Of a stretch of 39,709 nt of DNA, positions 29,610 through 39,178 are shown piece by piece (position 1 is the stretch's first letter; every line of letters starts with the position of its first letter). A program made the translations under genes and the position numbers. Source of the DNA: Escherichia phage vB_EcoM_CQ615. The stretch is taken from the sequence record PQ010280.1; one strand, given 5' to 3'. The notes beneath the pieces are model-generated. The model ran no database searches and was not told the origin of the DNA. It worked only from the letters and a program-made list of their open reading frames with translations.

Positions 29610-32600
29610 ATGGATAAGTACGATAAGAACGTACCAAGTGATTATGATGGTCTGTTCCAAAAGGCGGCTGATGCCAACGGGGTCTCTTATGACCTTTTAC
29701 GTAAAGTCGCTTGGACGGAATCACGCTTTGTACCCACAGCAAAATCTAAGACTGGACCATTAGGTATGATGCAGTTCACCAAGGCAACCGCTAAGGCCCT
29801 TGGTCTGCGAGTCACCGATGGTCCAGATGACGACCGACTGAACCCTGAGTTAGCTATCAACGCTGCTGCTAAGCACCTTGCAGGTCTGGTTGGTAAATTC
29901 GATGGTGATGAACTCAAAGCTGCCCTTGCGTATAACCAAGGCGAGGGACGCTTGGGCAATCCTCAACTTGAGGCGTACTCAAAGGGAGACTTCGCGTCCA
30001 TCTCTGAGGAGGGGCGTAATTACATGCGTAGCCTTCTGGATGTTGCTAAGTCACCTATGGCTGGACAGTTGGAAACTTTTGGAGGTATCACCCCAAAGGG
30101 TAAAGGCATTCCGGCTGAGGTAGGATTGGATGGAATTGGTCATAAGCAGAAGGTGACACAGGAACTACCTGAGTCCACAAGTTTTGACGTTAAGGGTATC
30201 GAACAGGAGGCTCCGGCGAAACCATTCGCCAAGGACTTTTGGGAGACCCACGGAGAAACGCTTGACGAATACAACAGTCGTTCAACCTTCTTCGGATTCA
30301 AAAATGCTGCCGAAGCTGAACTCTCCAACTCAGTCGCTGGGATGGCTTTCCGTGCTGGTCGTCTCGATAATGGTTTTGACGTGTTTAAAGACACCATTAC
30401 GCCGACTCGCTGGAACTCTCACATCTGGACTCCAGAAGAGTTAGAGAAGATTAGAACAGAGGTTAAGAACCCTGCGTACATCAACGTGGTAACTGGTGGT
30501 TCCCCTGAGAATCTTGACGACCTCATTAAGCTGGCTAACGAGAACTTTGAGAATGACTCACTCGCTGCCGAAGCTGGTCTAGGTGCAAAACTGAGTGCTG
30601 GTATTATTGGTGCTGGCGTGGACCCTCTTAGCTATGTCCCTATGGTCGGTGTCACTGGTAAGGGCTTTAAGTTAATCAATAAGGCTCTTGTAGTTGGTGC
30701 AGAAAGTGCTGCTCTGAACGTTGCATCCGAAGGTCTCCGTACCTCCGTAGCTGGTGGTGACGCAGACTACGCTGGTGCGGCCTTAGGTGGCTTTGTGTTT
30801 GGCGCTGGTATGTCTGCAATCAGTGACGCTGTAGCTGCTGGACTGAAACGCAGTAAACCAGAAGCTGAGTTCGACAATGAGTTCATCGGCCCTATGATGC
30901 GAATGGAAGCCCGTGAGACAGCACGCAACGCCAACTCTGCTGACCTCTCTCGGATGAACACTGAGAACATGAAGTTTGAAGGTGAACATAATGGTGTCCC
31001 TTATGAGGACTTATCAACCGAGAAAGGTGCCGTGGTGTTACATGATGGCTCCGTTCTAAGTGCAAGCAACCCAATCAACCCTAAGACCCTCAAAGAGTTC
31101 TCTGAGGTTGACCCTGAGAAGGCTGCGCGAGGAATCCAGCTTGCTGGGTTCACCGAGATTGGCTTGAAGACCTTGGGGTCTGATAATGCTGATATTCGTA
31201 GAGTGGCTATCGACCTTGTTCGCTCTCCTACTGGTATGCAGTCTGGTGCCTCCGGTAAGTTCGGTGCAACAGCTTCTGACATCCATGAGAGACTTCATGG
31301 TACTGACCAACGTACCTATAATGACCTGTACAAAGCTATGTCTGACGCTATGAAAGACCCTGAGTTCTCTACTGGCGGTGCTAAGATGTCCCGTGAAGAA
31401 ACTCGCTACACTATCTATCGTAGAGCGGCACTGGCTATTGAGCGCCCAGAGTTGCAGAAGGTACTTACTCCGTCTGAGAGAATAGTCATGGACATTATTA
31501 AGCGTCACTTTGACACCAAGCGTGAACTCATGGAGAATCCTGCAATCTTCGGCAATACGAAGGCTGTTAGTATTTTCCCTGAGAGTCGCCACAAAGGGAC
31601 TTACGTTCCTCATGTTTACGACCGTCATGCTAAAGCACTGATGATTCAACGCTACGGTGCCGAAGGTTTACAGGAAGGTATTGCTCGTTCGTGGATGAAC
31701 AGCTACGTCTCCAGACCTGAGGTCAAGGCCAGAGTCGATGAGATGCTTAAGGAAGTACACGGGGTGAAGGAAGTAACGCCAGAGATGGTAGAGAAGTATG
31801 CTATGGATAAGGCTTATGGTATCTCCCATTCCGACCAGTTCACCAACAGTTCCATCATTGAAGAGAACATTGAGGGCTTAGTAGGTATCGAGAACAACTC
31901 ATTCCTTGAGGCACGTAACTTGTTTGATTCGGACCTATCCATCACTATGCCAGACGGACAGCAATTCTCGGTGAACGACCTAAGGGACTTCGATATGTTC
32001 CGCATCATGCCAGCGTATGACCGCCGTATTAATGGTGACATCGCCATCATGGGGTCTACTGGTAAAACCACTAAGGAACTTAAGGATGAGATTTTGGCTC
32101 TCAAGGCGAAAGCTGAGGGTGACGGTAAGAAGACTGGCGAGGTTCATGCTCTAATGGATACCGTTAAGATTCTTACTGGTCGTGCTCGACGCAATCAGGA
32201 CACTGTGTGGGAAACCTCACTGCGTTCCATCAATGACCTAGGGTTCTTCGCTAAGAACGCCTACATGGGTGCTCAGAACCTTACGGAGATTGCTGGTATG
32301 ATTGCCACGGGCAACGTTCGTGCTCTAGGCCACGGTATCCCAATTCTGCGTGATACACTCTACAAGTCTAAACCAGTTTCCGCTAAGGAACTCAAGGAAC
32401 TCCATGCGTCTCTGTTCGGTAAGGAGGTGGACCAGTTGATTCGCCCTAAACGTGCTGACATTGTGCAGCGCCTAAGGGAAGCAACTGATACTGGACCTGC
32501 TGTGGCTAACATCGTAGGGACCTTGAAGTATTCCACACAGGAACTGGCTGCTCGCTCTCCGTGGACTAAGATGCTGAACGGGACCACTAACTACCTTCTG

Positions 32601-33566
32601 GATGCGGCACGTCAAGGTATGCTAGGGGACGTTATTAGTGCCACCCTAACAGGTAAGACTACCCGCTGGGAGAAAGAAGGATTCCTTCGTGGCGCCTCCG
32701 TAACTCCTGAGCAGATGGCTGGCATCAAGTCTCTCATCAAGGAACATATGGTACGTGGTGAGGACGGGAAGTTTACCGTCAAGGACAAGCAAGCGTTCTC
32801 TATGGACCCACGGGCTATGGACTTATGGCGACTTGCTGACAAGGTAGCTGATGAGGCAATGCTGCGTCCACACAAGGTGTCCTTACAGGATTCCCATGCG
32901 TTCGGAGCATTAGGTAAAATGGTTATGCAGTTTAAGTCTTTCACTATCAAGTCACTTAACTCTAAGTTCCTGCTAACCTTCTACGATGGGTACAAGAACA
33001 ACCGAGCGATTGACGCTGCGTTGACTGGTATCATCTCTATGGGTCTCGCTGGGGGTTACTACGCTATGGCTGCACACGTCAAAGCATATGGGATGCCTAA
33101 GGAAAAACGTAGGGAGTACTTGGAGAGAGCACTGGACCCAACCATGATTGCCCACGCTTCGTTGTCTCGTAGTTCTCAATTGGGTGCTCCTTTGGCTATG
33201 GCTGACCTAGTTGGCGGTGTTTTAGGGTTCGAGTCCTCCAAGATGGCTCGCTCTACGATTCTACCTAAGGACACCATGAAGGAACGTGACCCAAACAAAC
33301 CGTACACCTCTAGAGAGGTAATGGGCGCTATGGGTTCAAACCTTCTGGAACAGATGCCTTCTGCTGGCTTTGTGGCTAACGTAGGGGCTACCTTAATGAA
33401 TGCTGCTGGCGTGGTAAACTCGCCTAACAAAGCAACTGAGCAGGACTTCATGACTGGCTTGATGAACTCTACCAAGGAGTTAGTACCTAACGACCCTCTT
33501 ACTCAACAGCTTGTGATTAAGATTTATGAGGCCAATGGTGTTAACTTGAGGGAACGTAGGAAATAA
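29610..33566 (+). CDS. 16: Internal core protein D with N-terminal lytic transglycosylase domain (gp16)
   Basis: 1318 aa; N-terminal SLT-like motif (VAWTESRFVPTAKSKTGPLGMMQFTKATAKALG). Confidence 0.96.
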   Translation: MDKYDKNVPSDYDGLFQKAADANGVSYDLLRKVAWTESRFVPTAKSKTGPLGMMQFTKATAKALGLRVTDGPDDDRLNPELAINAAAKHLAGLVGKFDGDELKAALAYNQGEGRLGNPQLEAYSKGDFASISEEGRNYMRSLLDVAKSPMAGQLETFGGITPKGKGIPAEVGLDGIGHKQKVTQELPESTSFDVKGIEQEAPAKPFAKDFWETHGETLDEYNSRSTFFGFKNAAEAELSNSVAGMAFRAGRLDNGFDVFKDTITPTRWNSHIWTPEELEKIRTEVKNPAYINVVTGGSPENLDDLIKLANENFENDSLAAEAGLGAKLSAGIIGAGVDPLSYVPMVGVTGKGFKLINKALVVGAESAALNVASEGLRTSVAGGDADYAGAALGGFVFGAGMSAISDAVAAGLKRSKPEAEFDNEFIGPMMRMEARETARNANSADLSRMNTENMKFEGEHNGVPYEDLSTEKGAVVLHDGSVLSASNPINPKTLKEFSEVDPEKAARGIQLAGFTEIGLKTLGSDNADIRRVAIDLVRSPTGMQSGASGKFGATASDIHERLHGTDQRTYNDLYKAMSDAMKDPEFSTGGAKMSREETRYTIYRRAALAIERPELQKVLTPSERIVMDIIKRHFDTKRELMENPAIFGNTKAVSIFPESRHKGTYVPHVYDRHAKALMIQRYGAEGLQEGIARSWMNSYVSRPEVKARVDEMLKEVHGVKEVTPEMVEKYAMDKAYGISHSDQFTNSSIIEENIEGLVGIENNSFLEARNLFDSDLSITMPDGQQFSVNDLRDFDMFRIMPAYDRRINGDIAIMGSTGKTTKELKDEILALKAKAEGDGKKTGEVHALMDTVKILTGRARRNQDTVWETSLRSINDLGFFAKNAYMGAQNLTEIAGMIATGNVRALGHGIPILRDTLYKSKPVSAKELKELHASLFGKEVDQLIRPKRADIVQRLREATDTGPAVANIVGTLKYSTQELAARSPWTKMLNGTTNYLLDAARQGMLGDVISATLTGKTTRWEKEGFLRGASVTPEQMAGIKSLIKEHMVRGEDGKFTVKDKQAFSMDPRAMDLWRLADKVADEAMLRPHKVSLQDSHAFGALGKMVMQFKSFTIKSLNSKFLLTFYDGYKNNRAIDAALTGIISMGLAGGYYAMAAHVKAYGMPKEKRREYLERALDPTMIAHASLSRSSQLGAPLAMADLVGGVLGFESSKMARSTILPKDTMKERDPNKPYTSREVMGAMGSNLLEQMPSAGFVANVGATLMNAAGVVNSPNKATEQDFMTGLMNSTKELVPNDPLTQQLVIKIYEANGVNLRERRK

Positions 33567-33586
33567 TACGACTCACTATAGGGAGA
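33564..33586 (+). promoter_or_regulatory. Phage RNAP promoter phi17 (class III)
   Basis: taatacgactcactatagggaga overlapping the gene 16 stop. Confidence 0.85.
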
Positions 33587-33638
33587 GGCGAAGGAATCTT
33601 CTCCCTGTAGTCTCTTAGATTTACTTTAAGGAGGTCAA

Positions 33639-35300
33639 ATGGCTAACGTAATTAAGACCGTTTTGACTTACCAGTTAGATGGCTCCACTCGTGATTTTAA
33701 TATCCCGTTTGAGTATCTAGCCCGTAAGTTCGTAGTGGTGACTCTTATTGGTGTAGACCGTAAGGTCCTCACGATTAATACAGACTATCGCTTTGCTACA
33801 CGTACTACCATCTCTCTGACCAAGGCTTGGGGTCCAGCCGATGGCTACACGACCATCGAGTTGCGTCGAGTAACCTCCACGACCGACCGATTGGTTGACT
33901 TTACGGACGGCTCAATCCTCCGTGCGTATGACCTTAACGTCGCTCAGATTCAAACGATGCACGTAGCGGAAGAGGCCCGTGACCTGACTGCTGATACCAT
34001 CGGTGTCAATAATGATGGTCACTTGGATGCCCGTGGTCGTCGAATTGTGAACCTTGCTAACGCCGTGGATGACCGTGATGCTGTTCCGCTGGGGCAACTC
34101 AAGACCATGAACCAGAACTCGTGGCAGGCGCGTAATGAGGCCCTACAGTTCCGTAATGAGGCTGAGACTTTCAGAAATCAAGCGGAGGGCTTTAAGAACG
34201 AGTCTAGCACTAACGCTACGAACACTAATCAGTGGCGTAATGAGGCTAAGGGGTTCCGTGATGAAGCAGAGCAGTTCAAGAATACGGCTGGTCAATATGC
34301 TACATCTGCTGGGAACTCTGCTACTGCCGCACATCAATCTGAGGTGAACGCTGCTAACTCCGCAACTGCTTCCGCTAACTCTGCTACTCTGGCAGAACAG
34401 CAAGCAGACCGCGCCGAGCGTGAGGCTGATAAACTTGGTAACTGGAATGGACTTGCTGGTGCTGTAGATAGTGTTCAGGGTGATAGTGTATTCTGGAAAG
34501 GAAGCGGCTATTGGGTCGGAGGTCCCGTATACCAACTACAAACGAACCACGCGTTTAGGTTCCGTATGGGTCTTTGGGAAGAAGGCGACTTCCTTAAGTC
34601 TGACTTCGCTATGGACAGACCGGACGGCATAGGGTTCATAGAGTATGCAGCGGACAAGACTGGGCAACATTGTCACCAGATTCGACTTAATCAGTTAACA
34701 ATAGCTGGCGGTGTGTTAGAGTCAGATGCTGATGATCGCATAGCTCACGCTTTCGCTGACCAGTACAACACTAAAGCTCCTTTCTTCCAACAGATTCGTG
34801 CACAATCTACAAGCTCATATCACCCAATAATAAAGCAACGAACTTACCAATCTGGACGGTGGGCAGGATGCTGGTCTATCGGTACATTGCTGACTGGAAC
34901 GAGTCCGTCATTCCACATACATATGAAAGACGAAGGGATAGATGGGAAACTTTGGACGTTCAATACCAATGGAGACTTCCGCGCCCCTGGGGAGATTTGG
35001 GCCGATGGTGGACGTGTGGTTGTACAGAATGGCTCTTTTAACCCTGCTGGTAGAGTGTGGGGTACTGCGTATGATTCCGGATACCTTGACGACTGGGTTC
35101 GAAGACATTTCATAGGGGATGTATACCTAGGTCCTCATGTGTGGCAACAACAAACTGGAGGTTATCAGGACATTATAGCACCATCTGGGCATGTGCAAAC
35201 AGGTACAACCGCTAGTAATGGAGCCGTTGCGGGTATCTTTGTAAGACCGGTATGGCTTGGTTTCCATAACGGCACAAAAAGAATCATTGCGTCGCAGTAA
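33639..35300 (+). CDS. 17: Tail fiber protein (gp17) with a non-T7 distal (receptor-binding) half
   Basis: 553 aa; N-terminal about 270 aa (MANVIKTVLTYQLDGSTRDFNIPFEYLARKFVVVTLIG...; repeat region FRNEAETFRNQAEGFKNE) match T7 gp17; from about residue 272 (nt 34455) the sequence diverges (GSGYWVGGPVYQLQ...GIFVRPVWLGFHNGTKRIIASQ). Confidence 0.93.
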   Translation: MANVIKTVLTYQLDGSTRDFNIPFEYLARKFVVVTLIGVDRKVLTINTDYRFATRTTISLTKAWGPADGYTTIELRRVTSTTDRLVDFTDGSILRAYDLNVAQIQTMHVAEEARDLTADTIGVNNDGHLDARGRRIVNLANAVDDRDAVPLGQLKTMNQNSWQARNEALQFRNEAETFRNQAEGFKNESSTNATNTNQWRNEAKGFRDEAEQFKNTAGQYATSAGNSATAAHQSEVNAANSATASANSATLAEQQADRAEREADKLGNWNGLAGAVDSVQGDSVFWKGSGYWVGGPVYQLQTNHAFRFRMGLWEEGDFLKSDFAMDRPDGIGFIEYAADKTGQHCHQIRLNQLTIAGGVLESDADDRIAHAFADQYNTKAPFFQQIRAQSTSSYHPIIKQRTYQSGRWAGCWSIGTLLTGTSPSFHIHMKDEGIDGKLWTFNTNGDFRAPGEIWADGGRVVVQNGSFNPAGRVWGTAYDSGYLDDWVRRHFIGDVYLGPHVWQQQTGGYQDIIAPSGHVQTGTTASNGAVAGIFVRPVWLGFHNGTKRIIASQ

Positions 35301-35309
35301 GGAGGAACA

Positions 35310-35687
35310 ATGCGAGTATTTACTAACTGGAAGTGGACCGAAGGGTCTTACTTTGGAAAACCCATCTATGAGATTCGCGACAACAGTAACGTTGATTGGT
35401 ACACCTTAATGGATGAACTAGATGAGCGCCAAGAAACATGGGTGGTAGGTATTGGGCCTAGAGGAGACGTTATGTGGTTCACTGATGGACCCGTGTCTGG
35501 ACTGTACGTGCCTGTAGATGGAGGGACCGTTGTAGTAACTGATTCTTTCGAGTTCTCTGACAACTGGCGAGGGTGTACATGGGACGGTAAGAAATTCCAC
35601 GCACCAGAAGAAGCCCAGAAGCGAACTAAGGAGGACATTGAGCAGGACTTACTGAAACTCATGGCTGAGTTGAAGGGTCTAGAATAA
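35310..35687 (+). CDS. Hypothetical 125-aa protein between tail fiber and holin; candidate fiber-associated factor
   Basis: ATG 35310 with strong SD (taaggagg) overlapping the gene 17 stop; MRVFTNWKWTEGSYFGKPIYEIRDNSNVDWY...DNWRGCTWDGKKFHAPEEAQKRTKEDIEQDLLKLMAELKGLE; no gene sits here in canonical T7. Confidence 0.65.
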   Translation: MRVFTNWKWTEGSYFGKPIYEIRDNSNVDWYTLMDELDERQETWVVGIGPRGDVMWFTDGPVSGLYVPVDGGTVVVTDSFEFSDNWRGCTWDGKKFHAPEEAQKRTKEDIEQDLLKLMAELKGLE

Positions 35688-35708
35688 TTATAACAAGGAA
35701 AGGCGTGT

Positions 35709-35724
35709 GGTCCACGGATGGACC
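35709..35724 (+). promoter_or_regulatory. Short hairpin upstream of the holin gene
   Basis: ggtcca-cgga-tggacc: perfect 6-bp inverted repeat in the 17.5 leader. Confidence 0.35.
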
Positions 35725-35743
35725 CTTTAAGGGAGGACGCTAC

Positions 35744-35947
35744 ATGCTGTCTTTAGATTTTAACAATGAGTTAGTCAAGGCTGCACCTATTGTTGGCACA
35801 GGTGTGGCTGATGGCGCTGCGAGGCTTTTCTTCGGGCTGAGTCTTAATGAGTGGTTCTATGTTGCCGCTATCGCCTATACAGTGGTTCAGATTGGTGCCA
35901 AGGTAGTCGATAAGATGATTGACTGGAAGAAAGCTAATAAGGAGTGA
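35744..35947 (+). CDS. 17.5: Class II holin (gp17.5)
   Basis: 67 aa from the internal ATG with SD aagggagg; MLSLDFNNELVKAAPIVGTGVADGAARLFFGLSLNEWFYVAAIAYTVVQIGAKVVDKMIDWKKANKE. Confidence 0.85.
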   Translation: MLSLDFNNELVKAAPIVGTGVADGAARLFFGLSLNEWFYVAAIAYTVVQIGAKVVDKMIDWKKANKE

Positions 35948-35952
35948 TGCAT

Positions 35953-36222
35953 ATGGAAAAAGATAAGAGCCTTATCACGTTCTTAGAGATGTTGGACACT
36001 GCTATGGCGCAACGTATGCTTGCAGACCTTTCGGACCCTGAGCGGCGTTCTCCACAACTCTACAACGCCATCAACAAACTGTTAGACCGCCATAAGTTCC
36101 AGATTGGTAAGCTGCAACCAGATGAGCACATCTTGGGCGGTCTCGCTGGTGCTCTGGATGAGTACAAGTCTAAAGTTGGAGACGATGGTCTCACTGATGA
36201 CGATATTTACACTTTACAGTGA
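35953..36222 (+). CDS. 18: Terminase small subunit (gp18)
   Basis: 89 aa from the ATG after SD aaggag; MEKDKSLITFLEMLDTAMAQRMLADLSDPERRSPQLYNAINKLLDRHKFQIGKLQPDEHILGG... Confidence 0.85.
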   Translation: MEKDKSLITFLEMLDTAMAQRMLADLSDPERRSPQLYNAINKLLDRHKFQIGKLQPDEHILGGLAGALDEYKSKVGDDGLTDDDIYTLQ

Positions 36223-36262
36223 TATACTCAAGGCCACTATAGATAGTGGTCTTCATGGATGT
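36221..36262 (+). promoter_or_regulatory. Putative RNase III site (R18.5-like)
   Basis: gatatactcaaggccactatagatagtggtcttcatggatg hairpin. Confidence 0.45.
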
Positions 36263-36316
36263 CATTGTCTACACGAGATGCTCCTACGTGAAATCTGAAA
36301 TTTAACGGGAGGCATT

Positions 36317-36763
36317 ATGCTGCAATTTTTACGTAAGCTGGTCCCTTGGGTTCTCGCTGGGATGCTATTCGGATGGGGATGGCACCTTGGGGCAGACTCA
36401 ATGGACGCCAAGTGGAAACAGGAGGTACAGAATGAGTACGTTAAGAGAGTTGAGGCTACAGCGAGCACTCAAAGAGCAATCAATGAAATATCGGCTAAGT
36501 ATCAAGAAGACCTTGCCGCGTTGGAAGGGAGCACTGATAGGATTATTTCTGATTTGCGTAGCGACAATAAGCGGCTGCGTGTCAGAGTCAAAACTACCGG
36601 AACCTCCGATGGTAAGTGTGGATTCGAGCCTGATGGTCGAGCCGAACTTGACGACCGAGATGCTAAAAGTATTCTCGCAGTGACCCAACGGGGTGACGCT
36701 TGGATTCGTGCCCTACAGGACACTATACTAGAGCTACAGAATAAGCAGGAGGTTAAACAATGA
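36317..36763 (+). CDS. 18.5: i-spanin (Rz-like, gp18.5)
   Basis: 148 aa, N-terminal TM ([25 protein letters not shown]) plus coiled-coil periplasmic domain. Confidence 0.88.
   Translation: MLQFLRKLVPWVLAGMLFGWGWHLGADSMDAKWKQEVQNEYVKRVEATASTQRAINEISAKYQEDLAALEGSTDRIISDLRSDNKRLRVRVKTTGTSDGKCGFEPDGRAELDDRDAKSILAVTQRGDAWIRALQDTILELQNKQEVKQ
36432..36683 (+). CDS. 18.7: o-spanin (Rz1-like lipoprotein, gp18.7), embedded in 18.5 in the +1 frame
   Basis: 83 aa from the internal ATG; lipobox-like [10 protein letters not shown] and proline-rich stretch; [59 protein letters not shown]... Confidence 0.75.
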   Translation: MSTLRELRLQRALKEQSMKYRLSIKKTLPRWKGALIGLFLICVATISGCVSESKLPEPPMVSVDSSLMVEPNLTTEMLKVFSQ

Positions 36764-38532
36764 GGAAAGGTGTATCCGCTCAGTCCAATCGTAATGCGCT
36801 CGTTGTGGCGCAACTAAAGGGCGACTTCGTGGCGTTCCTGTTCGTCTTATGGAAGGCGTTAAACCTACCAGTGCCTACTAAGTGTCAAATTGACATGGCT
36901 AAGGTACTGGCGAATGGGGACAACAAGAAGTTCATCTTACAGGCTTTCCGTGGTATCGGTAAGTCGTTCATCACTTGTGCGTTCGTTGTGTGGTCATTAT
37001 GGAGGGACCCTCAGTTGAAGATACTTATCGTATCAGCTTCTAAAGAACGTGCAGACGCTAACTCCATATTCATCAAGAACATCATCGACCTGCTACCGTT
37101 TCTCAGTGAGTTGAAGCCGAGACCCGGACAGCGTGACTCTGTGATTAGTTTTGATGTTGGCCCTGCTAGTCCTGACCACTCTCCTAGTGTGAAATCAGTA
37201 GGTATCACTGGTCAGTTAACTGGTAGTCGTGCTGATATTATCATTGCGGATGACGTTGAGATTCCGTCTAACAGTGCGACTATGGGTGCCCGTGAGAAGC
37301 TATGGACTCTAGTTCAGGAGTTCGCTGCGTTGCTTAAACCGCTGCCTACGTCTCGTGTTATCTACCTTGGTACTCCTCAGACTGAGATGACTCTGTATAA
37401 GGAACTGGAAGATAACCGTGGGTATACAACCATTATCTGGCCTGCTCTGTACCCAAGGACTCGTGAGGAGAACCTCTACTACTCTCAGCGTCTGGCTCCA
37501 ATGCTCCGTGCGGAGTACGATGAGAACCCTGAGGCACTCGCTGGGACTCCTACGGACCCTGTGCGCTTCGACCGTGATGACCTACGTGAGCGTGAGTTGG
37601 AATATGGTAAGGCTGGCTTTACGTTGCAGTTCATGCTTAACCCGAACCTGAGTGATGCCGAGAAGTACCCTCTGAGGCTCCGTGACGCTATCGTAGCGGC
37701 CTTAGACTTAGAGAAGGCCCCGATGCATTACCAGTGGCTTCCGAACCGTCAGAACATCATTGAGGACCTTCCTAACGTTGGCCTTAAGGGTGATGACCTT
37801 CATACATACCATGAGTGCTCAAATAACTCTGGTCAGTATCAACAGAAGATTCTGGTCATTGACCCTAGTGGTCGCGGTAAGGATGAAACAGGTTACGCTG
37901 TACTGTATACCCTAAACGGTTACATCTACCTCATGGAAGCTGGTGGTTTCCGTGATGGCTACTCCGATAAGACCCTTGAGTTGCTCGCTAAGAAAGCTAA
38001 GCAATGGGGAGTCCAGACGGTTGTCTACGAGAGTAACTTCGGTGACGGTATGTTTGGTAAGGTATTCAGTCCTATCCTTCTTAAACACCACAACTGTGCG
38101 ATGGAAGAGATTCGTGCCCGTGGTATGAAGGAGATGCGCATTTGTGATACCCTTGAGCCAGTCATGCAGACTCACCGCCTTGTCATTCGAGATGAGGTCA
38201 TTCGGGCAGACTATCAGTCCGCTCGTGACATAGACGGTAAGCATGACGTTAAGTATTCGCTGTTCTACCAGATGACCCGTATCACTCGTGAGAAGGGTGC
38301 TCTGGCTCATGATGACCGATTGGATGCCCTTGCGTTAGGCATTGAGTACCTCCGTGAGTCCATGCAATTAGATTCCGTTAAGGTCGAAGGTGAAGTGCTT
38401 ACTGACTTCCTTGAGGAACACATGATGCGTCCTACGGTTGCTGCTACGCATATCATTGAGATGTCTGTAGGAGGAGTTGATGTGTACTCTGAGGACGATG
38501 AGGGTTACGGTACGTCTTTCATTGAGTGGTGA
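36760..38532 (+). CDS. 19: Terminase large subunit (gp19)
   Basis: 590 aa; ATPase Walker A-like region (FRGIGKSF), nuclease domain; near-identical to T7 gp19 after the first residues. Confidence 0.97.
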   Translation: MRKGVSAQSNRNALVVAQLKGDFVAFLFVLWKALNLPVPTKCQIDMAKVLANGDNKKFILQAFRGIGKSFITCAFVVWSLWRDPQLKILIVSASKERADANSIFIKNIIDLLPFLSELKPRPGQRDSVISFDVGPASPDHSPSVKSVGITGQLTGSRADIIIADDVEIPSNSATMGAREKLWTLVQEFAALLKPLPTSRVIYLGTPQTEMTLYKELEDNRGYTTIIWPALYPRTREENLYYSQRLAPMLRAEYDENPEALAGTPTDPVRFDRDDLRERELEYGKAGFTLQFMLNPNLSDAEKYPLRLRDAIVAALDLEKAPMHYQWLPNRQNIIEDLPNVGLKGDDLHTYHECSNNSGQYQQKILVIDPSGRGKDETGYAVLYTLNGYIYLMEAGGFRDGYSDKTLELLAKKAKQWGVQTVVYESNFGDGMFGKVFSPILLKHHNCAMEEIRARGMKEMRICDTLEPVMQTHRLVIRDEVIRADYQSARDIDGKHDVKYSLFYQMTRITREKGALAHDDRLDALALGIEYLRESMQLDSVKVEGEVLTDFLEEHMMRPTVAATHIIEMSVGGVDVYSEDDEGYGTSFIEW

Positions 38533-38569
38533 TTTATGAGGCCAAGGAAGGCCGCTTTAAGGAGGTAAT

Positions 38570-39013
38570 ATGATAAGCAAGAAGAAGTATGTTGTCGATA
38601 AGGAGACTGGTTGCTGGAACTTTAAGGGATGTAAGACTAAGACTGGTTATGGTCGTATTCGCGTGAATGGAGTCCATTGGATGGCCCACAGGTATTCCCT
38701 GAGTTGTCATCTAGGCAGACCGATAGCTGACGAAATGGTTGTGATGCACATGTGTGATAACCCCTCATGTGTTAACCCTGAGCACCTTAAGGAAGGGACT
38801 CAGAAGGAAAACATAGAGGACTGCATATCAAAAGGTCGCGCAACTAAGGCCACAGGTAAACGCGATGCGTCGAAGAGAGACCCTAGCGAGGAACGTAAGG
38901 CTATAGTTATTCGTAGATACCATAAAGGCTGGACCGCAACGTCCATAGCGAGATACCATAAGCTCTCTGTGGCGTGGGTCAAGAGGGTCATTGAGGATTA
39001 CCTAAGTGATTGA
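38570..39013 (+). CDS. HNH endonuclease with C-terminal helix-turn-helix, directly downstream of the terminase
   Basis: ATG 38570 with SD aaggagg; 147 aa; GCWNFKGCKTKTGYGRIRVNGVHWMAHRYS...MHMCDNPSCVNPEHLKEGTQKENIEDC (classic HNH), then basic linker and HTH-like RRYHKGWTATSIARYHKLSVAWVKRVI. Confidence 0.8.
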   Translation: MISKKKYVVDKETGCWNFKGCKTKTGYGRIRVNGVHWMAHRYSLSCHLGRPIADEMVVMHMCDNPSCVNPEHLKEGTQKENIEDCISKGRATKATGKRDASKRDPSEERKAIVIRRYHKGWTATSIARYHKLSVAWVKRVIEDYLSD

Positions 39014-39064
39014 TATTTGAAATTAGTGATACAGGTCTAAGTGTATGATTACAGACCATTATTC

Positions 39065-39087
39065 TAATTCGACTCACTATAGGGAGA
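39065..39087 (+). promoter_or_regulatory. Phage RNAP promoter phiOR-like
   Basis: taattcgactcactatagggaga (one mismatch from consensus). Confidence 0.75.
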
Positions 39088-39178
39088 AGCCTACCTAAAG
39101 ATTACTATAAGACTTAAAGTTGCCTATAAGGTAGGTTGTTATTATTGTTAATACAACCAACATAAAGGGAGGAGACTC

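Noticed and set aside
38533-38569. Short GC hairpin-like sequence (ggccaaggaaggcc) between terminase stop and the HNH start, considered as a terminator
   Set aside because: Stem is only 4 bp with no U-tract; more likely incidental or part of the HNH ribosome-binding region.
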